Shown: positions 10,804-21,100 of the stretch, in pieces
How the letters are laid out: each line of letters opens with the position of its first letter
Numbering within the stretch: the first letter of the stretch is position 1
Assembly: GCA_040901675.1 (NCBI GenBank)
Contig: JBBDYJ010000015.1
Location: 32,001 to 96,000 of the forward strand
From: Pirellulales bacterium
GTDB lineage: Bacteria; Planctomycetota; Planctomycetia; Pirellulales; JAICIG01
Direction of reading: 5' to 3'
DNA: 64,000 nt
The notes under the pieces: generated by a model
Told to the model about the DNA's origin: nothing
The model's input: the letters and a program-made list of their open reading frames with translations, nothing else
The model's database searches: none
Translations under genes and position numbers: made by a program

Positions 10804-10887
10804 GTAGAACGGAATTCATTCCGTTTTTGTGGGAAGAACGGAATGAAGGTGATTTCTACGACGGCAACGGAATGAATTCCGTTCTAC
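10804..10887. repeat. Inverted pair of REP-like family C (GTAGAACGGAATTCATTCCGTT), BIME/REPIN-like
   Basis: Copy at 10804 and its exact reverse complement ending at 10887. Confidence 0.85.
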
Positions 10888-11128
10888 GAAGGCGATACTG
10901 CTCGTTCTAGCGCCTGTAGGGATTCCTCCGGCTGTTCTGGGCTGCTCTGGCGGGCAAATGGCGCGGGCGCCCGTCAGCGAAGTGGCGAGCGGCCGGCCGG
11001 GCTGCCGAATGGAGTTTATAGCCGCCTGGCTGCACTGGCCGGCGCGGCTCGATGGATGCGCGTGTCGGGCATGGACGGGCCCCTCTCGGTTGCCCCTTGC
11101 TTCTTGGTCCAAGCGGCCAGGACACTCG

Positions 11129-13837
11129 ATGCTCGAACAACGCAATCTCAAGCTCGATCTGGCGGCGCTGGCGCTGTTGGCACTGACCGTCCTCCTGGCC
11201 GTTTCGCTCGCCACCTACAGTCCCGCCGATCCGCCCAGCACGCTCGTCTATCCGGCCGCCGCCGAGATAAGCAATGCCTGCGGCAGGGCCGGCGCGCTGG
11301 TGGCCGCACTGCTCTTGGAAGGGCTGGGCATCGGCGCCTATTACCTCGTGCTTTCGCTGATGGTTCTCGATGGCGCGCTGCTGGGCGGGCGCAAGGTGCG
11401 CGAACCGTGGCTGCGCGGCTTCGGCTGGGGACTTTCGCTCATCGGGCTGGCCACCCTGGCCGCACTGGCACTGCCAGGCTGGTCGCCGGGACCGGTCATC
11501 GGGGCCGGAGGATACCTGGGGGCCACCGGACGAGGCCTGCTGGAAATGCACTTTGCCAGCGCGGGCGCCTACATCCTGGTGTCGAGCCTGATCGTGGGCG
11601 GCCTGCTGCTGTCGACCGACTACGTGCTCATCCGGCTGTCGGCCCGGCTGGTGGCCATGCCCGCCAAGGCGCTCGGCCGGACCGCGGCCGTGGCGGGCCG
11701 AACGGTGCTGAAGCAGCGGCAGCGACCAAACACGGTGGCGGCCCGCGACGAGACTTCCGCAGCGAGCGGATCACTGCAGGTCCGCATTGGCAGGCGCCGC
11801 ATGGAAGCGGCCGAGGATGACGATGAGCTCCAGGACGATGCCGACGAGCTGGCCGAATCGCCGGATGCATTGTCGGGCGAAGCCACGCGGTCGATCGCCG
11901 AGCCCAAATCGTCGGCCTCCCAGCCGCGCGGCGGTGCCCGGATCGAGCCCAGGTTCAAGGCGCCCGCCAAGAAGTCGGAACGGGAGGAAGTGATGGAGGA
12001 GCTGGATGCGGCCAGCCGAACCGAGGATCCGTTGGATTACGAGCTGCCATCGATCGACCTGTTGCTGGAAAGCGAGCCTTTTGCCTACGAGGAACAGGAG
12101 AAAGAGGTCCGCCGCAAAGCCAAAATCCTGGAAAAGACGTTCGCGAGCTTCGGATTCAACGTCAAGGTGGTCGAGATCGAGACGGGCCCCGTGATCGCCC
12201 AGTTCGAAGTCGAGCTGGAGGCCGGTCTGCGGTTATCGAAAATCACCAGCCTGGCCGACGACGTGGCGATCGCCTTGCGCGTGCCCAGCGTGCGGATCGT
12301 GGCGCCGATTCCGGGCAAGAACACGGTCGGCATCGAGGTGCCCAACGCCGAGCGGCAACTCGTCCGGCTGCGGGAAGTGATCGAGGAGGCCAACGGCAAG
12401 GTCCAGAAGATGCGGATCCCCATTTTCCTGGGCAAGGACGTAGCAGGCAATCCGCTGGTGGCCGACCTGACCACCCTGCCCCACCTGCTGATCGCCGGCC
12501 GCACCGGCACCGGCAAGAGCGTCTGCCTCAACACGATCATCGTCTCGATGCTGATGACGCGGCGGCCCGACGAGGTGCGGATGCTGTTGATCGACCCGAA
12601 GATGGTCGAGCTGAGCCCGTACAAAACGCTGCCGCACTTGATGCACCCGGTGGTGACCGACATGCGCAAGGCCGAGGCGATCCTGGCCTGGGCCGTGGAA
12701 AAAATGGAGGAGCGCTACGCGCTGCTGGCCCGGGCGGGCGTGCGGCATATTGCGGGATTCAACCAGTTGGGCGAAGAGGAGCTGATGGACCGCCTGCAGC
12801 CGGAGTCGGACGAAGAGCGCAAGCAGATCCCCACGCACCTGCCGTACATCGTGATGGTGGCCGACGAGATGGCCGACCTGATGATGACCTCGGCCAAGGA
12901 AGTCGAGACGCACATCATCCGGCTGGCCCAGAAGAGCCGGGCGGTCGGCATCCACCTGGTGCTGGCCACGCAAAAGCCGACCGTCGACGTGATCACCGGC
13001 CTGATCAAGTCGAACCTGCCGGCCCGGATCGCGTTCCAGGTGGCCAGCCGGACCGACAGCCGCGTGGTGCTGGACGAAATGGGGGCCGACAAACTGCTGG
13101 GCAACGGCGACCTGTTGTTCCTATGGCCGGGAACCAGCACGCTGTTGCGGGGGCAAGGCACGTACGTCAGCGACGACGAGATCAACCGCATCGTCGACTG
13201 CGTGGGCACCAGCGAGCCGCAGTTCGTCAAGGAACTGGTGCAGTTGAAGGCCAAGCCCGCCGGCGAAGGCGACTCCAACCACTTCAAGGACCGCGACGAG
13301 CTGTACGAGGCGGCCATCGATATCGTGATCCGTGAAGGCCGCGGCAGCGTGTCGCTCTTGCAGCGGGCCCTGGGCATCGGCTACGGCCGCGGTGCGCGGC
13401 TGATCGACTTCATGGCCGAGGACGGCATCGTCGGCGCGTACAACGGTTCGCAGGCCCGCGAGGTGCTGATCACGCTGGAGCAGTGGGCCGAGATGAGCGG
13501 CCAGCAGGCCGAGCCGATCGAGCCGCCCCGCCGGCCCCGCAACAAGGTCTATCCGCTGGCGGATGAAGACGAGGCGCCGTTTGACGCGGAAGACGAAGAA
13601 GGCCTCCACGGCGGAGCGATCGGCGCGGACGACGATGAAGACGACGAGCCGATCGATGAAGGTCTGGAAGACCAGGACGATTTCGACGAAGAAGAGGGCG
13701 CAGACGGCGAGCTGGATGTCGAGGCGGAGGACGAAGAAGAGGACGATGGCCTCTTCGACGAGAACGACGAGGACGAAGTGAGCGACGATCGGCCCAGCAC
13801 ACCCAATTCCAGCCGCTACCGGGGCAAGCGGGCGTGA
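11129..13837 (+). CDS. ftsK: DNA translocase FtsK
   Basis: N-terminal TM segments, PHLLIAGRTGTGKS Walker A, LATQKP, C-terminal gamma domain (SLLQRALGIGYGRGARL), long acidic tail. Confidence 0.96.
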   Translation: MLEQRNLKLDLAALALLALTVLLAVSLATYSPADPPSTLVYPAAAEISNACGRAGALVAALLLEGLGIGAYYLVLSLMVLDGALLGGRKVREPWLRGFGWGLSLIGLATLAALALPGWSPGPVIGAGGYLGATGRGLLEMHFASAGAYILVSSLIVGGLLLSTDYVLIRLSARLVAMPAKALGRTAAVAGRTVLKQRQRPNTVAARDETSAASGSLQVRIGRRRMEAAEDDDELQDDADELAESPDALSGEATRSIAEPKSSASQPRGGARIEPRFKAPAKKSEREEVMEELDAASRTEDPLDYELPSIDLLLESEPFAYEEQEKEVRRKAKILEKTFASFGFNVKVVEIETGPVIAQFEVELEAGLRLSKITSLADDVAIALRVPSVRIVAPIPGKNTVGIEVPNAERQLVRLREVIEEANGKVQKMRIPIFLGKDVAGNPLVADLTTLPHLLIAGRTGTGKSVCLNTIIVSMLMTRRPDEVRMLLIDPKMVELSPYKTLPHLMHPVVTDMRKAEAILAWAVEKMEERYALLARAGVRHIAGFNQLGEEELMDRLQPESDEERKQIPTHLPYIVMVADEMADLMMTSAKEVETHIIRLAQKSRAVGIHLVLATQKPTVDVITGLIKSNLPARIAFQVASRTDSRVVLDEMGADKLLGNGDLLFLWPGTSTLLRGQGTYVSDDEINRIVDCVGTSEPQFVKELVQLKAKPAGEGDSNHFKDRDELYEAAIDIVIREGRGSVSLLQRALGIGYGRGARLIDFMAEDGIVGAYNGSQAREVLITLEQWAEMSGQQAEPIEPPRRPRNKVYPLADEDEAPFDAEDEEGLHGGAIGADDDEDDEPIDEGLEDQDDFDEEEGADGELDVEAEDEEEDDGLFDENDEDEVSDDRPSTPNSSRYRGKRA

Positions 13838-13846
13838 GGGACCGCC

Positions 13847-13888
13847 TAAAAAAACCGCCCTTGCGGCAGAGCCACAAGGGCGGTCTTG
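13847..13888. terminator. Intrinsic terminator between convergent genes
   Basis: Stem ACCGCCCTTG / CAAGGGCGGT preceded by an A-run, i.e. a U-tract on the minus strand. Confidence 0.75.
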
Positions 13889-13913
13889 TCAGTCCCTCGC
13901 AGTGATAGCGACG

Positions 13914-14696
13914 TTAATCCCTGTCGGAGCCGATCCGGCCGCCGATCTCCGAACCGATCCGGCCGCCGACGTCGCCTCCGAGGCCTTCGCCAATAGAGCC
14001 GCCGACGTCGCTGCCGATCCGGCCGCCCGTGGAGCCCTGGTAACGGCGAGAGCCGAAGCCGCCGTAACCATAGTCGCGGTCATAACCACGCCTGTCGCCG
14101 CGATAGCCGCCATAGGATCGGCCATCATAGTACCGGCCGTCGTAGCCGTAGCCGCCGTAAGAGTCCTGCCCATACCCGCGGTACCCGTAAGACCGATCGC
14201 GGTAGACCGGGTACGAACGGCTGGTGTATTGACGACGATACGTCTGGGGGTCGTACGGCACCCAGCGGCCGCCGGACCAATAGACCCAACGCTCGCTGGG
14301 CATCCAGTACCACCACGTGCCGTTGTGGCGGCGATAGCGCCAACGGTTGTCGCCGGCCCGCCGATCGCGGCGATCGGACGATCCGTCGCGGTCGCCGCGG
14401 AAGTCGGCCCTGCCTCGCTGCCGCCCTTGGACGTTGGCGTCGACCCCGCGATCTCGCCGATCAAGGTCTGCATCCAAGTCGCCCTGGGCGTCCACGTCGC
14501 CCCGGACGTCCACGTCGGGGGTCTGAACATCCACGTCCGCTTGTGACTCCGCCTCGCTGCGGGCCGCGTCGCGCTCATCCCCCTCTGTTTGGAGGGCCCC
14601 CTCGGTTTGCACGTCGGCCTCGATTTCCTGCCCACTGGCCAAGGGTGCGGCACATGCCAGCACCGTGACCGCCGCCAGACTCAATACGATTCGCAT
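13914..14696 (-). CDS. Secreted low-complexity hypothetical protein with a WWYW..WVYW motif and Gly/Tyr/Arg-rich tail
   Basis: Signal peptide MRIVLSLAAVTVLACAAPLASG; strong SD AAGGAGG upstream. Confidence 0.75.
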   Translation of the reverse strand: MRIVLSLAAVTVLACAAPLASGQEIEADVQTEGALQTEGDERDAARSEAESQADVDVQTPDVDVRGDVDAQGDLDADLDRRDRGVDANVQGRQRGRADFRGDRDGSSDRRDRRAGDNRWRYRRHNGTWWYWMPSERWVYWSGGRWVPYDPQTYRRQYTSRSYPVYRDRSYGYRGYGQDSYGGYGYDGRYYDGRSYGGYRGDRRGYDRDYGYGGFGSRRYQGSTGGRIGSDVGGSIGEGLGGDVGGRIGSEIGGRIGSDRD

Positions 14697-14757
14697 GCCA
14701 TCGTCCTCCTTCGTTCACTCGGTTTGCGGTAACGACTTCGCCAAGCGTAACCAACCC

Positions 14758-14773
14758 CGCAGATGTCGTGCCA
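14758..14773 (-). promoter_or_regulatory. Sigma54 -24/-12 promoter
   Basis: TGGCACGACATCTGC on the minus strand, exact GG-N10-GC spacing, ~60 nt upstream of the 14696 start. Confidence 0.65.
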
Positions 14774-14945
14774 AAGCGTCAGGCGGCGCGGCGACCCCAA
14801 AAGGGTCACCAATGCACATCTTGGGGCGGGGGACTGGCCACCAGCCGAGCAAGCTGATAACGCGGCAACCAGGGGAAGGCAGTCGATGATAGGAGGAGAT
14901 GAAGGAGGAAATGGGATCGCGACGCGAGGCCCAGCGCTATGCTCG

Positions 14946-14962
14946 CTGGCATGCCAATTGCT
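14946..14962 (+). promoter_or_regulatory. Sigma54 -24/-12 promoter
   Basis: CTGGCATGCCAATTGCT, near-consensus GG-N10-GC. Confidence 0.7.
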
Positions 14963-15144
14963 TAAACGAAACGGTTCGAAGCGCCGAGCAGTCCCGGCAC
15001 GACTCGAATTCTCTTGAAAAGGGAACAGCCACGAACATTCCTTCCAGGGCGATAGCACTGTTCAATCGCGTCGTCGACGCGCGGCCAGCGCGCGATGCAC
15101 GGTCTCGCAGGCGCCCCGATCCATCCAGCAAACAGGAGACCACC

Positions 15145-15903
15145 ATGGCACTCACCGGCCGCACAGCGCGCGATATCGACGAGCTGCGGCAATTCCGCCT
15201 TGCGCCCGGCATCGTGGACCGCAACGTGGGCGAGGTAGAACGAATCGCATCGGCCGTGGCAGGGGCGGCCCTGGCCGCCTACGGCCTGCGGCGGGGCTCC
15301 CTGGGGGGGCTGGTGCTGGCGGCGACGGGAGGCGGCTTGCTGTACCGGGGCCTGACCGGCCACTGTTACCTGTACCAGGCGCTTGGAGTGAACACGACGG
15401 CGGAGCCGCGCGGTCCGGCCACCAGCGTGCCGGCCGGGCAGGGGGCCAAGGTGGAAGCGTCGCTGGTCGTGGATCGCTCGCCGGCGGAACTGTTTCGGTT
15501 CTGGCGGAACCTGGAGAACCTGCCGAGGATCATGACGCACCTGGAGTCGGTGAGCCAGACCAGCCAGACCGGATCGCACTGGGTGGCCCAGGCACCCCTG
15601 GGGACCGTGGTGGAGTGGGACGCCGAGATCATCAACGAACGCGAAAACGAGCTGATTGCCTGGAGGTCGCTGGTAGGTTCGACCGTCGACAACGCCGGCT
15701 CCGTGCATTTCGAGCCGGCCGGCCCGGGCGCCACCCGCGTCAAGGTATCGCTGAAGTACGATCCGCCCGGAGGCAAGCTGGGCGTTGCCGCGGCCAAGCT
15801 GCTGGGTGAGGAGCCTCAGCGGCAGATCGACGAAGACCTCCAGCGGTTCAAGCAGATGATGGAGGCCGCCAGCCTGCCGCCCGGCGCGGCGGCCATCGGC
15901 TAA
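15145..15903 (+). CDS. SRPBCC/START-fold cyclase-dehydrase with N-terminal DUF2892-like membrane domain
   Basis: NVGEVERIAS..RGLTGHCYLYQALG, then FWRNLENLPRIM, WDAEII, IAWRS; SD AGGAG. Confidence 0.88.
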   Translation: MALTGRTARDIDELRQFRLAPGIVDRNVGEVERIASAVAGAALAAYGLRRGSLGGLVLAATGGGLLYRGLTGHCYLYQALGVNTTAEPRGPATSVPAGQGAKVEASLVVDRSPAELFRFWRNLENLPRIMTHLESVSQTSQTGSHWVAQAPLGTVVEWDAEIINERENELIAWRSLVGSTVDNAGSVHFEPAGPGATRVKVSLKYDPPGGKLGVAAAKLLGEEPQRQIDEDLQRFKQMMEAASLPPGAAAIG

Positions 15904-15905
15904 GA

Positions 15906-15998
15906 GGTCATTGGTCATTGGTCATTGGGCCGGGTCATTGGGCCGGCTCCGACGAATGACAAATGACAAATGACAAATGACAAATGACAAATGACAAA
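15906..15998. repeat. Opposed heptamer arrays (GGTCATT)n and (AAATGAC)n
   Basis: Directly visible. Confidence 0.9.
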
Positions 15999-16006
15999 TT
16001 GATCGG

Positions 16007-16035
16007 TTGACACTGCACCTAGCGAGTCTTATGCT
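16007..16035 (+). promoter_or_regulatory. Sigma70 promoter of the cimA leader
   Basis: TTGACA-N17-TATGCT. Confidence 0.8.
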
Positions 16036-16075
16036 TGTGGGGCGTTTCTTGGACGCGCACTTGGTTGAAACTTCA

Positions 16076-16195
16076 ATGCCTCTGCCCCATGCCAGCCTGC
16101 CGATTTCGATACCCGCCGCCCGCGGCCCAGCGCCGGGCGCGTATGTCCGCGGCGTAGTGAGCCATGTGGTAATTATTCAGGAGAACAGGCCTTAA
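16076..16195 (+). CDS. Putative attenuator leader peptide (39 aa) ending ...YVRGVVSHVVIIQENRP
   Basis: Val/Ile cluster just before the stop codon; lies between the promoter and a terminator upstream of cimA. Confidence 0.65.
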   Translation: MPLPHASLPISIPAARGPAPGAYVRGVVSHVVIIQENRP

Positions 16196-16227
16196 GGGCA
16201 TTGACCGGCCAGACCGATCACCACCAG

Positions 16228-16264
16228 CCCTGAGGCCCCTCCGGCCCCAGGGTTTTTTTGTTTT
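16228..16264 (+). terminator. Attenuator terminator hairpin
   Basis: CCCTGAGGCC-cctcc-GGCCCCAGGG followed by T7. Confidence 0.8.
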
Positions 16265-16298
16265 GCTTTTCACGAAAAGTGCAGTCAAAGGGAACTCG

Positions 16299-17912
16299 AT
16301 GCGCCGCATCCAGATTTACGACACCACGTTGCGTGACGGCAGCCAGGGCGAAGGCATCAGTTTTTCGCTGCACGACAAGCTGCTGATCACCGAGCGGCTG
16401 GCGGAACTGGGCTTCGACTACATCGAGGGGGGCTACCCCTTGTCCAACGACAAGGACGCCCAGTATTTCGACCGGGCGCGCCGGCTCGAGGTCGGACCCA
16501 GCCGGATCTGCGCCTTCGGCATGACGCGCCGCAAGGGAGTCGAGGCCCAGCACGATCCGGGCATGCAAGCGCTGGTCGCGTCGGGAGCTTCGGTCATCAC
16601 CCTGGTGGGCAAGACTTCCGAGTTTCACGTCACCGAGGTGCTGCGGGCCAGCCTGGACGAGAACCTGCAGATGATTTCCGAGAGCGTGGCTTACCTGGCC
16701 GGGCAGGGGCGCGAAGTGATCTACGATGCCGAACACTTCTTCGACGGCTGGAAGGCCAACCGCGATTACGCTCTCAAAACGGTCCGGGCGGCCGCCGAAG
16801 CCGGCGCCCGCCTGATCGTCTTGTGCGACACCAACGGCGGCAGCATGCCGGAGGAAATCGCCGAGCTGACCCGCGCGGTCCGCGACGAGCTGGGCGTGCC
16901 CCTGGGCATCCATTGCCACAACGACTGCGACATGGCCGTGGCCAATTCGCTGGCCGCCATCGACCAGGGGGCCGTGCAGGTGCAGGGCACGATCAACGGC
17001 ATCGGCGAGCGCTGCGGCAATGCCGACCTGGTTTCGGTGATCGCCAACCTGGCCTTGAAGAAGCAGGGCTACGAGCTGCTGCTGCCCGGCAGCATCGAGC
17101 GGCTGACGGAGCTGTCGCGCTACGTCTACGAGCTCGCCAACATGAACTTCCGCTCCAACCAGCCCTTCGTGGGGCAAAGCGCGTTCGCGCACAAGGGAGG
17201 CATGCACGTGCACGCCGTCAGCCGGGCCGCTTCCAGCTACGAGCACCTGGCCCCCGAACGCGTCGGCAACCAGCGGCGGTTCCTGGTCAGCGAGCTGTCG
17301 GGCCGATCGAACATCATGGCGCTGACGACCAAGCACCACCTGGAGCACGACCGCGAGCTGATGGACAGAATCCTGGCCCGCGTGGTGGCACTGGAGAACC
17401 AGGGCTACCAGTTCGAGGCCGCCGAAGGCTCCTTCGACCTGTTGGTCAAGAAGTGCTCCGGGACGTTCGTGCCCCATTTCGAGCGGCTCAGTTTCCACGT
17501 GAGCGTCGAGGCCGAGCGCGACGGCCTGGCGACCACCGAGGCCACGGTCAAGCTGCGCGTGGGCAACCGCCTTCGCCACGAGGTGGCCGAGGGCGACGGC
17601 CCGGTCAACGCCCTGGACGCGGCCCTGCGCAAGGCTTTGAACGACGCTTTCCCGACCTTGGCCGAAATGCACCTGGTCGACTATAAAGTGCGCGTGATCA
17701 ACTCCGAGGCGGGCACCGCCGCGGGGGTGCGCGTGGTGATCGAAAGCCGCGACGGCGACGGCGTGTGGGGCACGGTGGGCGTCAGCGAGAACATCATCGA
17801 GGCCAGTTGGATCGCCCTGGTCGACAGCATCGAATACAAGCTCTGCAAAGACGAGGCCCGCGCCCAAGGCGCGGCGTCCCGGCCCCGATCGGCCACCACG
17901 GCGGCCCAGTAG
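16299..17912 (+). CDS. cimA: Citramalate synthase (LeuA/CimA family)
   Basis: YDTTLRDGSQGE, HCHND, GERCGNA, AHKGGMH, and regulatory domain GDGPVNALD / DYKVRV. Confidence 0.9.
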   Translation: MRRIQIYDTTLRDGSQGEGISFSLHDKLLITERLAELGFDYIEGGYPLSNDKDAQYFDRARRLEVGPSRICAFGMTRRKGVEAQHDPGMQALVASGASVITLVGKTSEFHVTEVLRASLDENLQMISESVAYLAGQGREVIYDAEHFFDGWKANRDYALKTVRAAAEAGARLIVLCDTNGGSMPEEIAELTRAVRDELGVPLGIHCHNDCDMAVANSLAAIDQGAVQVQGTINGIGERCGNADLVSVIANLALKKQGYELLLPGSIERLTELSRYVYELANMNFRSNQPFVGQSAFAHKGGMHVHAVSRAASSYEHLAPERVGNQRRFLVSELSGRSNIMALTTKHHLEHDRELMDRILARVVALENQGYQFEAAEGSFDLLVKKCSGTFVPHFERLSFHVSVEAERDGLATTEATVKLRVGNRLRHEVAEGDGPVNALDAALRKALNDAFPTLAEMHLVDYKVRVINSEAGTAAGVRVVIESRDGDGVWGTVGVSENIIEASWIALVDSIEYKLCKDEARAQGAASRPRSATTAAQ

Positions 17913-17949
17913 ACCAGCAAGTGTTTTTATCAAGCTAATCAAGCGAGTT

Positions 17950-18092
17950 GGGTGGCTGGGGCAAAGCGATAAGCGTGCCCCAGTTGCGATCGCCAGAACG
18001 GCCGGGTGGCTGGGGCAAAGCGATAAGCGTGCCCCAGTTGCCATGGCAACGGCGGGGTGGCTGGGGCAAAGCGATAAGCGTGCCCCAGTTGC
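17950..18092 (+). repeat. Three tandem REP family A copies
   Basis: GGGTGGCTGGGGCAAAGCGATAAGCGTGCCCCAGTTGC x3 with short (~13-16 nt) linkers. Confidence 0.9.
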
Positions 18093-18161
18093 GATGTCCA
18101 GTTGCGATGCAACGAAGTTGTTTTTCGGCCGACTGGTCGGCCCCTTAGAACGGATATTCGT

Positions 18162-21100
18162 ATGTCAGCCACCACTTCCCTGGAAAGCCTGCCCAAGCAG
18201 TATCAGCACCGCGAGCCGGAGCGCCGCTGGTACCAGTTCTGGCTCGACCGCGGCTATTTTCACAGCGAACCGGACCCCACCCGGCCGCCTTACACGATCG
18301 TCATTCCGCCGCCCAACGTGACGGGCGCCTTGCACCTGGGCCACGCCCTGAACAACAGCCTGCAGGACATCCTGATCCGCTTCAAGCGGATGCAGGGCTT
18401 CAACGCGTTGTGGATGCCGGGCACCGACCATGCGGGCATCGCCACCCAGGCGGTCGTCGAGCGGCGGCTGCTCGAAGAGGAAAAAAAGTCGCGGCACGAC
18501 CTGGGCCGCGAGGAGCTGGTCCGGCGGATCTGGGCCTGGAAGGACGAGTACGAAGAGCGGATCCTGGGGCAGCTCAAGCGGATGGGATCGAGCTGCGATT
18601 GGGAGCGGACGCGGTTCACGCTCGACCCGGTCTGCGCCCGCGCCGTGCGGCACACGTTCTTCAACTTGTTCAAGCAGGGCTTGATCTACCGCGGCAAGCG
18701 GCTGGTGAACTGGGACACCTATCTCCAGACCGCCGTCAGCGACGACGAGGTGTTCCACGAGACCGTGGCCGGCCACTTCTGGCATTTTCGCTATCCGGTC
18801 ATTGACCCGGTGCCCGGCGAGCCGACGCACGTCACCATCGCCACCACGCGGCCCGAAACGATGCTGGGCGATACGGCGGTGGCCGTGCATCCCGATCCCC
18901 AGGCCGCTTTGGCCGAGGCCGAGAGCCAACTGCGAGAGAAGCTCTCCCAGGCGCCCGACAAGCAGCGGCCCGCGCTCAAAGCCGAGCTGACGGCGCTCGT
19001 CGAGCGGCGCACGACGCACCTGCCGCTGCTCTTGAAGCTCCGCGACATGGCGCGCTCCGGGCGGATGCTCATGCTGCCGCTGGTGGACCGCGAGATCCCG
19101 CTGGTGGCCGACGAGTGGGCCCGGCCCGAACTGGGCAGCGGCTGCGTCAAGATCACGCCGGCGCACGATCCCAACGACTACGAGGTCGGCCTGCGGCGCT
19201 CGCTGCCGATGATCAACATCCTCAATCCGGACGGCACGCTCAATGCCAACGCGGGCGCCTACCGGGGGTTGACCGTGGCTGCCGCGCGCCAGCGCGTGGT
19301 GGCCGACCTCGACAAGCTCGGCCTGCTGGCCGACGTGGAAGCCCGCGAGATCGAGCTGGCCCACTCCGACCGCTCGAAGACGCCGATCGAGCCGTACCTG
19401 GCCGACCAGTGGTTCGTCAAGATGGAAGACCTGGCCGAGTCGGCGATGCAGGCGGTGCGCGCTCAGTCGGTGCGGATCGTTCCTTCCCGATATGCCCGCG
19501 GCTATCTCGACTGGCTGGGCGAGAAACGCGATTGGCCCATCAGTCGGCAGCTCTGGTGGGGGCACCAGATCCCGATCTGGTACGCCCGCCAGGTGAGCGA
19601 GCAGGAGCTCAAACAGGCCTTCGCCGGCCGCGACGACGTGGTCTGGCACCGCGATCCCGAGCACGATCAATGGCTCGTGTCGGCCCTGGAGGAGGACCTC
19701 GATCCCCAGGCGATCCCAGGCCGCCGCCTGGAGCGGGAACAGGACGTGCTCGACACCTGGTTCAGCTCGGCCCTGTGGCCGCACTCGACGCTCGGCTGGC
19801 CCGAGCGCACGGCGGAGCTGGAATACTACTATCCCACCAGCACGCTGGTCACCAACCGCGACATCATCACGCTGTGGGTGGCGCGGATGGTGCTGACCGG
19901 CCTGTTCAACGTGGGCGACGTTCCCTTCCGCGAGGTCTACATCCATCCCAAGATCCTGGACGGATATGGCGAGGGGATGTCCAAGATGAAGGGCAACGGA
20001 GTCGATCCGCTGGACTTGATCGAAAAGTTCGGCGCCGACTCGCTGCGGTTCGGCCTGGCCTGGCTGACGACCGAGACGCAAGACATCCGCATGGCGGTCG
20101 AGTTCGAGTGCCCGCATTGCGGCAAGCTGATCGAGCAGACCAAGAAGAACCGCGTGCTGCCGCGGCTTGCCTGCCCGCATTGCCGCGGCGAGTTCAGCAC
20201 GCAATGGGCCAGGAAACCGGACGACCTGGCGCTGCCCCGCGCCGCGGTGGTGAGCGAGCGGTTCGAGCTGGCCCGCAATTTCCTGAACAAGCTCTGGAAC
20301 GCCGCCCGCTTCACGCTGTTGAACCTGGAAGGCTATAGCGGCGAGCCGGTGGCCGAGAGCGAGCTGGCCGTCGAGGACCGCTGGATCCTCAGCCGGCTGT
20401 CGACGGTGACCGGCCAGGTGACGGAGGCCTTGGATGCGTATCGTTACGCCGACGCGATGCGGTTGCTCTACGAGTTCGCCTGGGACGATTTTTGCAGCTT
20501 CTACCTGGAGATGTCGAAGGGGCGGCTGCAGCAGGCCGAGTCGCGGCCGGTGGCGCAGCGCGTGCTCGCGCATACGCTCGACGTGCTGTTGCGTCTGTTG
20601 CACCCGGCCGTGCCGTTCATCACCGAGGAGATCTGGCAGTTGCTGGCCGGTGCCGCGCGGCATCGCGGCCTGGCCGAGCCGGCCGAGGCCGCCGAGAGCA
20701 TCATGATTGCTCCCTGGCCGGCGGCCGAGCGCGAGCGGCAGGATGCCACGATCGAGGCGCGTTTCGCGTTGTTCCAGGAGGTGCTCCGCGGCCTGCGCGA
20801 GATCCGCAGCCGTCAGAACATTCCGCCCAAGACGCCGATCCGCTTCTCGGCCCGTTGCCGGCCGGAGACGGCCGACTTGCTGCGCGCGATGGAGGGCTAT
20901 TTCGAGTCGATGGCCGGCGCCCGCGCGGTAGCATGGGGCGAAGAGGCGTCGCCGCCGGCCACGCACGCGCACGTGAGCCTGGAGCAGCTCGAGTTGTACG
21001 TCGACTTGGCCGGGCTGATCGACGTGGCAGCGGAGTCGGCGCGCCTGGAGAAGGAGCAGGCCCGGCTCGCGGGCCAGATCACGGCGAAGGAAAAGAAGCT

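Noticed and set aside
17950..18100. CRISPR-like appearance of three 38-bp repeats
   Set aside because: Linkers are only ~13-16 nt, the repeat is dispersed singly across the window, and there are no cas genes; it is a REP cluster.
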